This document shows positions 17,894 through 27,276 of a DNA stretch of 64,000 nt, piece after piece (the first letter of the stretch is position 1; each line of letters starts with the position of its first letter). The translations under genes and the position numbers were made by a program. The notes below the pieces were generated by a model, which was given only the letters and a program-made list of their open reading frames with translations, did not search any database and had not been told where the DNA came from. Origin of the DNA: an uncultured Pseudomonadota bacterium (lineage in GTDB: Bacteria > Myxococcota_A > Polyangia > Fen-1088); assembly GCA_963847705.1 (NCBI GenBank), contig CAWKBC010000030.1, positions 448,001-512,000 of the forward strand. Reading direction: 5' to 3'.

Positions 17894-19201
17894 CTAGCGG
17901 GCCGTGCGGACCGTGCGGTCTATTGATCGCAGCATGATGACGACGACGAGCATCGCCGCCACGACCACGTAGCCGAGGAGGTCGTAGTGCGCGAGGGAGC
18001 CGCTCGGCGCCTGCACGACGATCAGGCCCGCGACGGCCGCGCCCACGCCGCCCGCGGCCTGCTGCACGGACGAATTGACCGACATGAACGAGCCGCGGTG
18101 CGCGGGATCGGGCACACCCGAGATCAGCGCCGACGCCGAGATCATGCGCGAGGTGACGCCGACGAAGAGCAGCACGTTGATGGCGATGACCCAGGGCAGC
18201 GCGGTGTGACCGAGGTGGGTGTAGATGAGGACCATGACGATCGTCAGCGCCGTTCCCGCGCAGAAGAGGCGATACTTGCCCAGCTTGTCGCTGAGGCGCC
18301 CGACGAAGGGTCCGCTCACCAGCGTGCAGAGCCCGGTCACGAGGTAGATCGTCGGCAGCTGCGCGAAGGTGATGCCGAGGTTGTTGATGGTGAACGTGCT
18401 GCCGAACGGCATCAGCATGAAGCCGCCCGTCGCCAGCAGGGTCGTCGTCGCAAAGGTCTGCAGGTAGCGGGGCTGCGAGACGGTGCGGAAGAGGTGGACG
18501 AACGGGTTGCCCTCACGCTGCAATTTGAGGTGGGCGTCGATCGGCCGGAGGCGCGCGAAGATGAGGCCGCCCGCGACCACGGTCAGCCCGACGATCATGA
18601 GGAACGGGGCGTGCCATCCCCAGCGGTTCGCCAGGTAGAGACCGAGCGGCAGGCCCAGCACCTGGCTGGCGGCGAACGAGGTCTGCACGACCCCCATGAC
18701 GCGGCCACGCATGTTGAGCGGAAAGAGGTCGGTGATGATGGCCATCGAGATCGAGCCGATGACGCCGCCGAAGACACCGGTGACGATGCGCGCGGCGAGC
18801 AGCAGCTGATAGGTCGGCGCCAGGCCGCAGAAGAGCGTCCCCCCCGTGAAGCCGGTGTAGAAGAAGAGCAGCAGCTTCTTGCGATCGAAGCGGTCGGCGA
18901 ACCCCGCGGCGAGCAGGCCCGAGAGCGAGGCGCTGAAGGCGTAGACCGACACGACCAGGCCGAACTTCTTGGTGGGGAGGTGGAGATCCCGCAGCAGGAT
19001 CGCGCCCAGCGGCGAGATGATCATGAAGTCGAGGATGATCGTGAACTGCAGGAAGGCGAGCATGCCGACCACGAACTTCTGGTACGACGAGAAGGTCGGC
19101 GGCGGGCCCGGCTGCGGGCGGGCCGGGTGCGGCGCGGCCGTTTCGGGAGCAGGGGGGGGAACGGAAATGGGAGCGGGGACGGAGGCGGGATCGTTGCTCA
19201 T
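17894..19201 (-). CDS. MFS transporter
   Basis: About 12 TM segments with motif A (GFADRFDRK; GRLSDKLGK). Confidence 0.95.
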   Translation of the reverse strand: MSNDPASVPAPISVPPPAPETAAPHPARPQPGPPPTFSSYQKFVVGMLAFLQFTIILDFMIISPLGAILLRDLHLPTKKFGLVVSVYAFSASLSGLLAAGFADRFDRKKLLLFFYTGFTGGTLFCGLAPTYQLLLAARIVTGVFGGVIGSISMAIITDLFPLNMRGRVMGVVQTSFAASQVLGLPLGLYLANRWGWHAPFLMIVGLTVVAGGLIFARLRPIDAHLKLQREGNPFVHLFRTVSQPRYLQTFATTTLLATGGFMLMPFGSTFTINNLGITFAQLPTIYLVTGLCTLVSGPFVGRLSDKLGKYRLFCAGTALTIVMVLIYTHLGHTALPWVIAINVLLFVGVTSRMISASALISGVPDPAHRGSFMSVNSSVQQAAGGVGAAVAGLIVVQAPSGSLAHYDLLGYVVVAAMLVVVIMLRSIDRTVRTAR

Positions 19202-19914
19202 GAAATTGCTCTTTTGTCCGGATGCTTGGATGAACGGTGGGTTGAATGGGTCGCGGGACGAGTCACAGAACGGGTCGCGGAATGGGCTTTGGCGGCCGGT
19301 CTGGCCAGCGCCGCGCCCGTGGGCGGGGTGAGCGCCTTGACGACCAGGTCGAGGGTCTGGTCCATCAGCTTCTCGTCGAGAACGAAGCGGGGCGTGCCCG
19401 AGAGCCCGCGCCCATGGAGGTGGAACTTCAGCAGCTGGTAGAGCGGCGCGAACGCCACCGACCAGTAGACCTCGACCGGGACGCGCACCAGCTCGCCGCG
19501 CTCGATGGCGCCGCGACAGAAGGCGCGCATCGCCTCGATGAAGTCACGCCCCTTGCCCGGCTCGTCGTGCGAATGAAATGGCGAGTGGCGAATCTGCTCC
19601 AGGAAATGTGCCTCGCGCGGGTTCTCCAGGCAGTAGCGGGCGCGGTTCTTCCACTGGACGCGCAGCCCGACGGCCAGACTCGCCTCAGGGTCGAAGCCCT
19701 CGAGCGTCGCCTCCGCCATCTTGCGGCTCTCCTCGCGGTAGAGGCTCAAGATGAGGTCGTCTCGATTTTCGAAGTAGATGTAGATGGTCGCCGGCGAGAC
19801 GCCCACCTCCTTGGCGAGCTTCTGCATGCTGAGCCCATCGAACCCGTGGCGCACGATCGTGGCGAGCGCCTTGTCGCGGATGGCCCGCTCCTTGTGGGGA
19901 TCGCGTGTGCGCAC
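19198..19914 (-). CDS. TetR/AcrR family regulator
   Basis: GFDGLSMQKLAKEVGVSPATIYIYF.NRDDL. ATGA overlap with the MFS gene. Confidence 0.95.
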   Translation of the reverse strand: MRTRDPHKERAIRDKALATIVRHGFDGLSMQKLAKEVGVSPATIYIYFENRDDLILSLYREESRKMAEATLEGFDPEASLAVGLRVQWKNRARYCLENPREAHFLEQIRHSPFHSHDEPGKGRDFIEAMRAFCRGAIERGELVRVPVEVYWSVAFAPLYQLLKFHLHGRGLSGTPRFVLDEKLMDQTLDLVVKALTPPTGAALARPAAKAHSATRSVTRPATHSTHRSSKHPDKRAIS

Positions 19915-19923
19915 GTCGCATAA

Positions 19924-19943
19924 ATAAATGAACGTTCATTTAT
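19924..19943. promoter_or_regulatory. Perfect 20-bp palindrome, likely TetR operator
   Basis: ATAAATGAAC-GTTCATTTAT lies 9 bp upstream of the tetR start. Confidence 0.85.
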
Positions 19944-20068
19944 AGTCAAGGACCGCCGCCGGCGCGCAGGACCGGGCGGTGAGAGTGGAACGCCAGGCAC
20001 GGCCGACCTGGCGGACTGGACCCCATCGACGTTGAACGAAGCGCCTCCGACGTTGGCGCGGTCGACAT

Positions 20069-20102
20069 TTCGGAAATCGGAGACCACCCTCCGAAAATCG
20101 GA
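20069..20102. promoter_or_regulatory. Tandem palindromes, candidate enhancer-binding-protein UAS
   Basis: TTCGGAAATCGGA (20069-81) and TCCGAAAATCGGA (20090-102), 21 bp apart, upstream of a sigma54 motif. Confidence 0.55.
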
Positions 20103-20165
20103 AGACCCGCGGGCCCATACCCCAAGAATTCTCGGCGTTTTGAAGGGAGCCCTGGATACGTGAGG

Positions 20166-20181
20166 TGGCGCACGAATTGCT
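20166..20181 (+). promoter_or_regulatory. Sigma54 (-24/-12) promoter
   Basis: TGGCGC-ACGAA-TTGCT matches TGGCAC-N5-TTGCW and ends 14 nt before ATG 20196. Confidence 0.75.
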
Positions 20182-20195
20182 TTTGGGGCCGGCCC

Positions 20196-22865
20196 ATGCG
20201 CACCAGTTTCTTTCGCAGCACGGCACTCGCCTTTCTTCTCCCCGCCCTGGGTATCCTCGCCCTGGGGACGTTCGGATGCACCTCGCACCAGAACGACGCC
20301 GAGGGGAGCGTGGGGATCGCCCTGCAGCTCGCGCCCGGCCTCTCGCTCGACAGCGTCTCCTACGCGATCACGGGGCCGGCCGGATTCGCACGCTCCGGCT
20401 CGATCGACGTCAGTCAGAGCGGAACCGTCTCGGCGACGATCGGCGGCCTCCCCGCGGGGACAGGTTTCACGATTGTGCTGACCTCGGCAGACACGACAGG
20501 CAGCATCCAGTGCCTGGGCTCCGCGCCGTTCTCCGTCACCGCCGGCACCACGACGGGCGTGACCGTCCATCTTCTTTGTCACGAGGCGCCCACGACGGGC
20601 AGCGTCCTGGTGAACGGAACGATCAACCAGTGCGCCGTGGTTGACGGTCTGTCTGCCAACCCCGCCGAGGTTCTGGTGGGCGGCACGATCGCGCTGGCCG
20701 GCGCCGGCCACGACGTCGACGGCGCCCCCGCGGCGCTGACCTACCACTGGACGGCGAGCGCCGGCAGGCTCAGCGACGCGAGCGTCCAGAATCCGACGTT
20801 CACCTGCACGGCGGCAGGCGCGGTCACGCTCACGCTCGCCGTCAGCGACGGCGACTGCGGCGGCAGTGCGTCGACCACCGTGACCTGCACCGGCGCCGCG
20901 CACATCGTCATCAACGAGGTCGAATCGAACGGCGATCCGGTCGGTGACTGGGTGGAGCTGACCAACGCCGGCCCCACCACGGCGGACATCTCGGGCTGGA
21001 AGCTCCTGGACAACGACGACACCCACCCCTTCGTCGTCGTCCCCGGCGGAACGTCGCTGCCGGCGGGCGGGTTCTACCGCATCTACGTGTTCCAGACGTT
21101 CGGCCTCGGCGCGCCCGACAGTGCGCGCCTCTACGACCCGGCCGGCGACCTGGTCGACGCGTACAGCTGGACGACGCACGCGGTGGGCACCTATGGCCGT
21201 TGCCCCGACGGCACCGGTCCGTTCGTCGACTCGACGCCGACACCGGGAGCCCCCAATGCCTGCGGCGGGGGCGCGGCCGGCGCCAGCGGCGCGGCGGGTG
21301 CGGGCGGCGCGGCGGGTGCGGGCGGCGCGGCGGGTGTGGGCGGCGCGGCGGGTGCGGGCGGCGCGGCGGGTGCGGGCGGCGCGGCGGGTGCGGGCGGCGC
21401 GGCGGGTGCGGGCGGCGCGGCGGGCGCGGGCGGCGCGGGCGCCGGCGGTGCGTCCTCCGCGATCGTGATCAACGAGGTCGAGTCCAACGGCGATCCCGTC
21501 GGTGACTGGGTCGAGCTGACCAATACCAGCTCGACCACGGCGGACATCTCGGGCTGGAAGCTCCTGGACAACGACAACACCCACGCCTTCGTCGTGGTTC
21601 CCACCGGAACGTCGCTCGCCCCAGGCGGCTTCTTCCGCATCTACGTCTTCCAGACCTTCGGCCTCGGTGCGCCCGACATGGCGCGCCTCTTCGATCCGGC
21701 GGGCGATCTGGTCGACTCGTACAGCTGGACGACGCACGCCGTGGGCACCTACGGCCGTTGCCCCGACGGCACGGGACCGTTCGTCGATTCGACGCCGACG
21801 CCGGGAGCGCCCAACGCCTGCGGCGGCAGCGGCGTGGCCGGAGCGGGCGGCGCGGCCGGCGTGGCCGGCGCCGGCGGGATGGGGGGCCTGGCGGCCAACG
21901 AGCTCCCCTGGCCCGGCACCGACACGGTCATCACCGTCGACGACGTGGGCGAGTGGGCCTCGAACCTCTCGGGCCTCAGCTACCAGCCGGCGACGGCCAC
22001 CGACCCCGCGGTGTTGTGGGGCATCGATAACGGTCCGTCGAAGCTCTATCGCCTGCTCTGGAACGGGACGACCTGGGAGTCCGATCCGGCGAACAGCTGG
22101 GGCGCCGGCAAGACGATCCACTACCTGGACGGCAGCGGCGATCCCGACTCGGAAGGGGTCAGCAAGGCGGAGTTCGCCGATGCTTCGATCTACGTGTCGA
22201 CGGAGCGCGACAACGACAACAACCAGGTCAACCGCTTCAGCGTCCTGCGCTACGACACGACCGCGCCGGGCACCGATCTCACGGCTCAAAACGACTGGGA
22301 GCTGACCGCCGACCTGCCCGCCATGGGGATCAACCTCGGGCTCGAGGCCATCACCTACATTCCGGACACCGCGCTGGTCGCGGGAGGGTTCTTCGACGAG
22401 GCGGCCAACGCGGCCTACAACCCGGCCAGCTACCCGAACCACGGCACGGGGCTGTTCTTCGTGGGCCTCGAGTCGAACGGCGTGATCTACGGCTACGCGC
22501 TCAACCACGCCGACAACACGTTCACCCGCGTCGCCACCTTCCCGAGCGGCCAGGTCTCGATCATGGACCTCTCCTACGACCGCGAGGTCGGTTACCTCTG
22601 GGCCCAGTGCGACAACACCTGCGGCGTCAAGGCGACGGTCTTCCGGCTCGACACGACGCCGACCTCGCCCACCGCGGGTCGCTTCGAGATCGGCCGTGTC
22701 TTCGATCGCCCCGACTCGCTGCCCGACTCGAACTTCGAGGGCATCGGCATCGCGCCCGAGGGCGAGTGCGTGGGCGGCCAGAAGCACTTCTTCTGGTCCG
22801 ACGACAGCGCGCTCGACGGTCACTCGCTGCGGCGCGGCTCGATCCCCTGCGGGGCCTTCTTCTAG
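20196..22865 (+). CDS. Surface lipoprotein: Ig/PKD-like domains, two lamin-tail domains and a C-terminal beta-propeller-like domain
   Basis: Lipobox TFGC. Duplicated IVINEVESNG..GDWVEL.N....ADISGW...TPGAPN. C-terminal NLSGL / DSEGV / GLEAI / NFEGI blade-like repeats. Confidence 0.85.
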   Translation: MRTSFFRSTALAFLLPALGILALGTFGCTSHQNDAEGSVGIALQLAPGLSLDSVSYAITGPAGFARSGSIDVSQSGTVSATIGGLPAGTGFTIVLTSADTTGSIQCLGSAPFSVTAGTTTGVTVHLLCHEAPTTGSVLVNGTINQCAVVDGLSANPAEVLVGGTIALAGAGHDVDGAPAALTYHWTASAGRLSDASVQNPTFTCTAAGAVTLTLAVSDGDCGGSASTTVTCTGAAHIVINEVESNGDPVGDWVELTNAGPTTADISGWKLLDNDDTHPFVVVPGGTSLPAGGFYRIYVFQTFGLGAPDSARLYDPAGDLVDAYSWTTHAVGTYGRCPDGTGPFVDSTPTPGAPNACGGGAAGASGAAGAGGAAGAGGAAGVGGAAGAGGAAGAGGAAGAGGAAGAGGAAGAGGAGAGGASSAIVINEVESNGDPVGDWVELTNTSSTTADISGWKLLDNDNTHAFVVVPTGTSLAPGGFFRIYVFQTFGLGAPDMARLFDPAGDLVDSYSWTTHAVGTYGRCPDGTGPFVDSTPTPGAPNACGGSGVAGAGGAAGVAGAGGMGGLAANELPWPGTDTVITVDDVGEWASNLSGLSYQPATATDPAVLWGIDNGPSKLYRLLWNGTTWESDPANSWGAGKTIHYLDGSGDPDSEGVSKAEFADASIYVSTERDNDNNQVNRFSVLRYDTTAPGTDLTAQNDWELTADLPAMGINLGLEAITYIPDTALVAGGFFDEAANAAYNPASYPNHGTGLFFVGLESNGVIYGYALNHADNTFTRVATFPSGQVSIMDLSYDREVGYLWAQCDNTCGVKATVFRLDTTPTSPTAGRFEIGRVFDRPDSLPDSNFEGIGIAPEGECVGGQKHFFWSDDSALDGHSLRRGSIPCGAFF
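20904..21824 (+). repeat. Internal 363-bp duplication (lamin-tail domain x2) separated by an 18-bp tandem repeat x8
   Basis: 20904-21266 is nearly identical to 21462-21824. ggcgcggcgggtgcgggc is repeated 8 times at 21288-21431. Confidence 0.92.
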
Positions 22866-22890
22866 CCGAGGCGCTTCGCGCCGCCGCGCT

Positions 22891-23157
22891 TCACGGCCTG
22901 AGACGGACGACGTGGAACGTCTGGTCCGGCTCCCAGCAGCGGTCCGTCCCGCCGTCGTATTCGATCTCGAGCAAGAGGACGCCCGTCGCGGGATCGACAT
23001 CGGCGGCCGCGAGGCTGGCCAGCGGAGCGGGGCACTTCTCGCAGCCCTTGCAACGAGGGCCGGCGGGCGCAGCGTTGGGGGCGCGCCCGGGACTCCCGAG
23101 CAGAGCCGCGACGAGGGCAGCCACCACCTCGACGAGCCGCCAGCTGGACCGATCCAC
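22891..23157 (-). CDS. Hypothetical small secreted protein or gene remnant
   Basis: Hydrophobic N-terminus, CKGCEKC, globular-looking C-terminus. Confidence 0.4.
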   Translation of the reverse strand: MDRSSWRLVEVVAALVAALLGSPGRAPNAAPAGPRCKGCEKCPAPLASLAAADVDPATGVLLLEIEYDGGTDRCWEPDQTFHVVRLRP

Positions 23158-23273
23158 TGACCAGAAGTAGCCCGGATCCAGCCGTCAACGCACGTCCCAC
23201 CGTCGATCGTCCATCCTCGAGGTTGCCAATCTGGATCGGAGGGACACCGTGAACAGTGAAAGGCGGTGTCGCG

Positions 23274-23564
23274 ATGGGTTTGATCTGGACCTTGATTGTC
23301 GGGTTGGTGGCGGGAGCGCTGGCGAAGCTGGCCATGCCAGGCCGCGACCCTGGCGGCATCGGTACGACGATGGCGCTCGGTGTCGGTGGTTCGTTGCTGG
23401 CGAGCTTCTTCGGCCGGGCGACCCATCTGTACGCGGCGGGCGGGCATGCGGGCATCATCACGTCGGCGATCGGCGCCTTCGTGCTGCTGGGGATCTATCG
23501 CGTGATCCTGAAACGGCGAGGGGACACCACGCACGGGACGCACGGTCCCTCGGTCCGGGCATGA
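23274..23564 (+). CDS. GlsB/YeaQ/YmgE (transglycosylase-associated) membrane protein
   Basis: IVGLVAGALAKL.MPG.DPGG...T..LGV.GS...G and S.IGA.VLL.IYR. Confidence 0.92.
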   Translation: MGLIWTLIVGLVAGALAKLAMPGRDPGGIGTTMALGVGGSLLASFFGRATHLYAAGGHAGIITSAIGAFVLLGIYRVILKRRGDTTHGTHGPSVRA

Positions 23565-23777
23565 ACGGGGGCGACGCCCCGACCTCCCCGGTCGAGTCTC
23601 CGATGGTGGAGACGGGGAGGCTCCTCGTGGAGGTCGGGGCGGCAGCTCGACCGTTGTCGGGTTGTCAGATTGTTAATCAATCGCCGACGAACTGGAAACA
23701 CACGGGAAACGCGGGCCGGGGTAGGGTGAAGTGTGAGAAGGAGCTTTGGGTCGACTCTCGTCGGCCACTGAACCTGG

Positions 23778-23981
23778 ATGGACTACGGGGTGGCCTGCTT
23801 CCAATCTGGCGCAATCGTCTGGGCGTCGAAGCGTGACCTTGTCATTCAGAAGGTCGACGAGCTGGCGAAGTTCGGCTTCGAGCCGCACCAACCCATCTTC
23901 CAGACCGGCATGTACTGGTACGCGCGATTGGCCGCGCCGCGCGGCAAGGACGCGCGCGCGATGCGCGTCGCCTCGCGCTGA
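23778..23981 (+). CDS. Small hypothetical protein
   Basis: Protein-like composition and GC3 bias. The true start may be TTG 23746 (after AAGGAG) if a base is missing near 23773. Confidence 0.5.
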   Translation: MDYGVACFQSGAIVWASKRDLVIQKVDELAKFGFEPHQPIFQTGMYWYARLAAPRGKDARAMRVASR

Positions 23982-24090
23982 AGCAGGTTGCCTTCGCGAT
24001 TTGCGGCCAGGACGTGGCTGAGCTCTCTGCCGGCGCGCGTCGACGTCACCGGGAAATGGCGCCGCTGAAGGGCGGCGGGTACCGTGAGGC

Positions 24091-24765
24091 GTGACGCCGG
24101 CGCTGGTGCTCTTCGATCTCGATGGGACGCTGGCCGACACGGCTCCGGACATCGCCCGGGCGCTGGGCGTCGGGCTGGCGGAGATTGGCCTTCCCCCGCT
24201 GCCGCTCGACACCGTCAAGCAGATGGTCGGCGATGGGGCGCGCGAGCTCATCCGGCGCGCGCTCGCGGCGGCTCCCCCGGACCCCGCGCGCGAGGAGGCG
24301 GCGTTCGGTCGCTTCCTGGCGAGCTACCGGGAGAACGTCTGCGTCGGCTCGCAGCTCTATCCGGGGGTGGTCGAGGGGCTGGCGGCGCTGCGCACCGACG
24401 GCGCGGCGCTGGCGGTCGTGACCAACAAGCCGGGCGACCTCGCGCGGACGTTGCTGGGGACACTGGGGATCGCCGCGTCGTTCGAGGCGATCATCGGCGA
24501 CGGCGACGGGTTTCCCCGCAAGCCTGACCCCTCTGGCGCCCTGTCGGTGCTGGCCAAGGTGGACGCCTCGCCCGATCGGGCCGTGATGGTCGGGGATGGC
24601 CTCCCCGACATGCGCCTGGCACGCGCGCTCGGCGCCGCCGCCGTGGCCGCGACCTGGGGGTACCTCCCCGCGGCCGCCCTGGCCCGCGAGGCGCCGGCGT
24701 TTCTGGCCGGATCGTTTCCAGAGGCGATCTCGATCATCCGCGGCACGCGCCAGCACCAACCCTGA
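24091..24765 (+). CDS. gph: HAD-superfamily phosphatase (phosphoglycolate phosphatase-like)
   Basis: FDLDGTLADT, VTNKP, KPDP and MVGD...D. Confidence 0.88.
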   Translation: MTPALVLFDLDGTLADTAPDIARALGVGLAEIGLPPLPLDTVKQMVGDGARELIRRALAAAPPDPAREEAAFGRFLASYRENVCVGSQLYPGVVEGLAALRTDGAALAVVTNKPGDLARTLLGTLGIAASFEAIIGDGDGFPRKPDPSGALSVLAKVDASPDRAVMVGDGLPDMRLARALGAAAVAATWGYLPAAALAREAPAFLAGSFPEAISIIRGTRQHQP

Positions 24766-24906
24766 TCCTCGGCAGCGGCGCCACGATCGTCAGCGCCTTG
24801 TTGCGGGCGGCGATCGCCCCGACTTCGCACCTGACCTCGGCCAAGCCGAGCTGGGGGCGTCTTGTCGCGGAGATGACGGGCCTTCCTGCGGTAACGTGGT
24901 GGTCCC

Positions 24907-26397
24907 ATGACCACGATGCGAAGCGACCTGCAGCGTATCGCCCATCGCGCGATGCTCGACCGGGGACTGGTGCCCGAGTTTTCCGCCGCCGAGCTGGCGG
25001 AGGCGCGGGGGCTCGAGCCTGGGGTGGGCCCCGCCGATCCCCAGATTCGCGATCTGCGCGGGCTCCTGTGGGCGTCGATCGACAACGACGACTCGCGCGA
25101 TCTCGACCAGCTCACCGTCGCGCAGGCAATCTCCCCGACGGCGACCAGGATCCTGGTGGCGATCGCGGATGTCGACGCCAAGGTGAAGCGGGGCTCCGCG
25201 CTCGATCACCATGCCCGGACCAACACGACGTCGGTCTACACCGACGCGCGGATCTTCCCGATGTTGCCGGAGCTGCTCTCCACCGATCTCACTTCGCTCA
25301 ACGAAGGGAAGGAGCGCCTGGCCCTGGTCGTCGACATGGTCGTCGACGGCGATGGACAGGTGACGGCAGGGGAGCTCACCCGCGCCGTGGTCGTCAACCG
25401 AGCCAAGCTCGCCTACAACGCGGTGGCCGCCTGGTTGGAGGGGAAGTCGGAGCCGCCCGCCAAGCTGGCCGCCGTCGCCGGGCTGGCCGACAACCTGCGG
25501 CTTCAAGACCGCGTCGCCCAGGCGCTCCGCAAGCGGCGTCACCAGAACGGGGCGCTGGAGCTGGAGACGCTGGAGCCGCGCGCGGTGTTTCAGGGAGATG
25601 CCGTCTCGGAGCTGCGGCTGGAACAACAAAATCGCGCCAAGCAGCTGATCGAGGACTTCATGGTGGCCGCGAACGTCACCACCGCGCACTTCCTGGAGAA
25701 GAGGAGATTCCCGTCGGTGCGGCGGGTGCTGCGCTCGCCCGAGCGCTGGGAGCGGATCGTCGAGCTGGCCGGGACCCACGGCACGCAGCTGCCCGGCGAG
25801 CCGGACGCCCGGGCGCTGGAGGACTTCCTGACCGAGCGCCGCCGGGCCGACCCGGACCACTTTCCAGATCTGTCGCTGGCGGTGGTGAAGCTGCTGGGCC
25901 GCGGCGAGTACGCGCTCGAGACGCCGGGGCAGCGCGCCACCGAGCACTTCGGGTTGGCCGTGCGGGACTACACCCACTCGACCGCGCCCAACCGACGGTT
26001 TCCCGACCTCCTCACGCAGCGCCTGATCAAGGCGGCGCTGGCGAACCAGCCGCCGCCTTACTCGCCGGACGAGCTCGCCGCGCTGGCGCAGCACTGCACG
26101 GTCGCGGAGGACGCCGCGGCCAAGGTCGAACGGCAGGTGAGAAAATCGGCTGCCGCGCTGCTCTTGCAGGCGCGGATCGGCCAGACCTTTCAGGCTTTCG
26201 TGACGGGCGCGTCGGCGAAGGGGACCTGGGTCCGGGTGCTGCAGCCGCCGGTCGAGGGGCGGGTGGTGCGCGGGTTCGAGGGGCTCGACGTGGGCGACCG
26301 GGTGACGGTCAAGCTGGAGCGCACCGACGTCGAGCGTGGGTTCATCGACTTCTCGCGGGTCGCTTCAGGCGGATTCGTTCCAGGATCGACTCGATGA
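24907..26397 (+). CDS. RNB-domain 3'-5' exoribonuclease (short RNase II/R family)
   Basis: SIDNDDSRDLDQ, LIEDFMVAAN, HFGLAV..Y.HSTAPNRRFPDL and a C-terminal S1 domain. Confidence 0.93.
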   Translation: MTTMRSDLQRIAHRAMLDRGLVPEFSAAELAEARGLEPGVGPADPQIRDLRGLLWASIDNDDSRDLDQLTVAQAISPTATRILVAIADVDAKVKRGSALDHHARTNTTSVYTDARIFPMLPELLSTDLTSLNEGKERLALVVDMVVDGDGQVTAGELTRAVVVNRAKLAYNAVAAWLEGKSEPPAKLAAVAGLADNLRLQDRVAQALRKRRHQNGALELETLEPRAVFQGDAVSELRLEQQNRAKQLIEDFMVAANVTTAHFLEKRRFPSVRRVLRSPERWERIVELAGTHGTQLPGEPDARALEDFLTERRRADPDHFPDLSLAVVKLLGRGEYALETPGQRATEHFGLAVRDYTHSTAPNRRFPDLLTQRLIKAALANQPPPYSPDELAALAQHCTVAEDAAAKVERQVRKSAAALLLQARIGQTFQAFVTGASAKGTWVRVLQPPVEGRVVRGFEGLDVGDRVTVKLERTDVERGFIDFSRVASGGFVPGSTR

Positions 26398-27224
26398 CGG
26401 CCAAGCTCCACGACGACGACGCCGCCGATCCGGTGGTCGCCTATCGCGACCAGGACTTCCTCGACAGCGACGACGCGCGGCCCCTGCGGATCCTCGCCGA
26501 GTACCTGGCGCCGCTGCGGGCGCTGCGGGAGCAGGAGGTCCGGGACACCATCGTCTTCTTCGGGTCCGCCCGCATCCTCCCCGACGGACCGCTCGGCCGC
26601 TACTACGAGGAAGCCCGCGCGCTGGCCCACGCGATCACGGCCTGGTCGATGACGCTCGAGGGGCACGGGCATCACCGCATCGTCTGCTCGGGCGGCGGTC
26701 CCGGGATCATGGAGGCCGCCAACCGCGGCGCCAGCGAGGCCGGGGGCCGCACCATCGGGCTCAACATCGGCCTTCCCCACGAGCAGCGGCCGAACCCCTA
26801 CATCACGCCGGGCCTCTCCTTCGAGTTTCACTACTTCTTCATGCGCAAGCTCTGGTTCGCCCACACCGCCTGCGCGCTGGTGGCGTTCCCGGGGGGCTTC
26901 GGCACGCTGGACGAGATGTTCGAGATCCTCACGCTGCAACAGACGGCCAAGCTCGATCGGAAGATCGTCATGCTGCTCTACGGCTCGGAGTACTGGCGCG
27001 AGATCGTCGACTTCGAGGCGCTGGTTCGTCACCGCATGGTCAGCCCGGAGGATCTCGAGCTCTTCAGCTTCGTCGACGATCCCCTGACCGCGCTCCGCGC
27101 GCTGCAGGCGGGGCTGGCGCCGTCGGCCCCGGCGACGCTCTCCGGGGAGCCCGCACCGACTGGCACGCCGGGGTTCGCCGCCTCCCGCAGCCCCGAGGAC
27201 GACGGGAGGGATGAAAGCACCTGA
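26394..27224 (+). CDS. LOG family nucleotide 5'-monophosphate nucleosidase (TIGR00730-like)
   Basis: FFGSAR, GGGPGIMEAANRGA, YFFMRK and PGGFGTLDE. ATGA overlap with the RNB gene. Confidence 0.92.
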   Translation: MTAKLHDDDAADPVVAYRDQDFLDSDDARPLRILAEYLAPLRALREQEVRDTIVFFGSARILPDGPLGRYYEEARALAHAITAWSMTLEGHGHHRIVCSGGGPGIMEAANRGASEAGGRTIGLNIGLPHEQRPNPYITPGLSFEFHYFFMRKLWFAHTACALVAFPGGFGTLDEMFEILTLQQTAKLDRKIVMLLYGSEYWREIVDFEALVRHRMVSPEDLELFSFVDDPLTALRALQAGLAPSAPATLSGEPAPTGTPGFAASRSPEDDGRDEST

Positions 27225-27276
27225 TTCGGTCTTGTACCGGCGCCAGCCGTGATCAGCTTGGAAGGTGGGAAAAACC

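Noticed and set aside
21288-21431. Regular short repeats as a possible CRISPR array
   Set aside because: Head-to-tail repeats with no spacers, in frame within a Gly/Ala linker, and no cas genes.
26368-26397. GATTC at the end of the RNB gene as a fourth frameshift
   Set aside because: The RNB protein is complete and its stop overlaps the LOG start. Removing a base would create an implausible read-through.
606-27224. Anti-phage system (patatin as a CBASS effector, LOG as Thoeris SLOG)
   Set aside because: The patatin has a signal peptide and there is no cyclase. The LOG is stand-alone with no SIR2/TIR partner. The genes are far apart.
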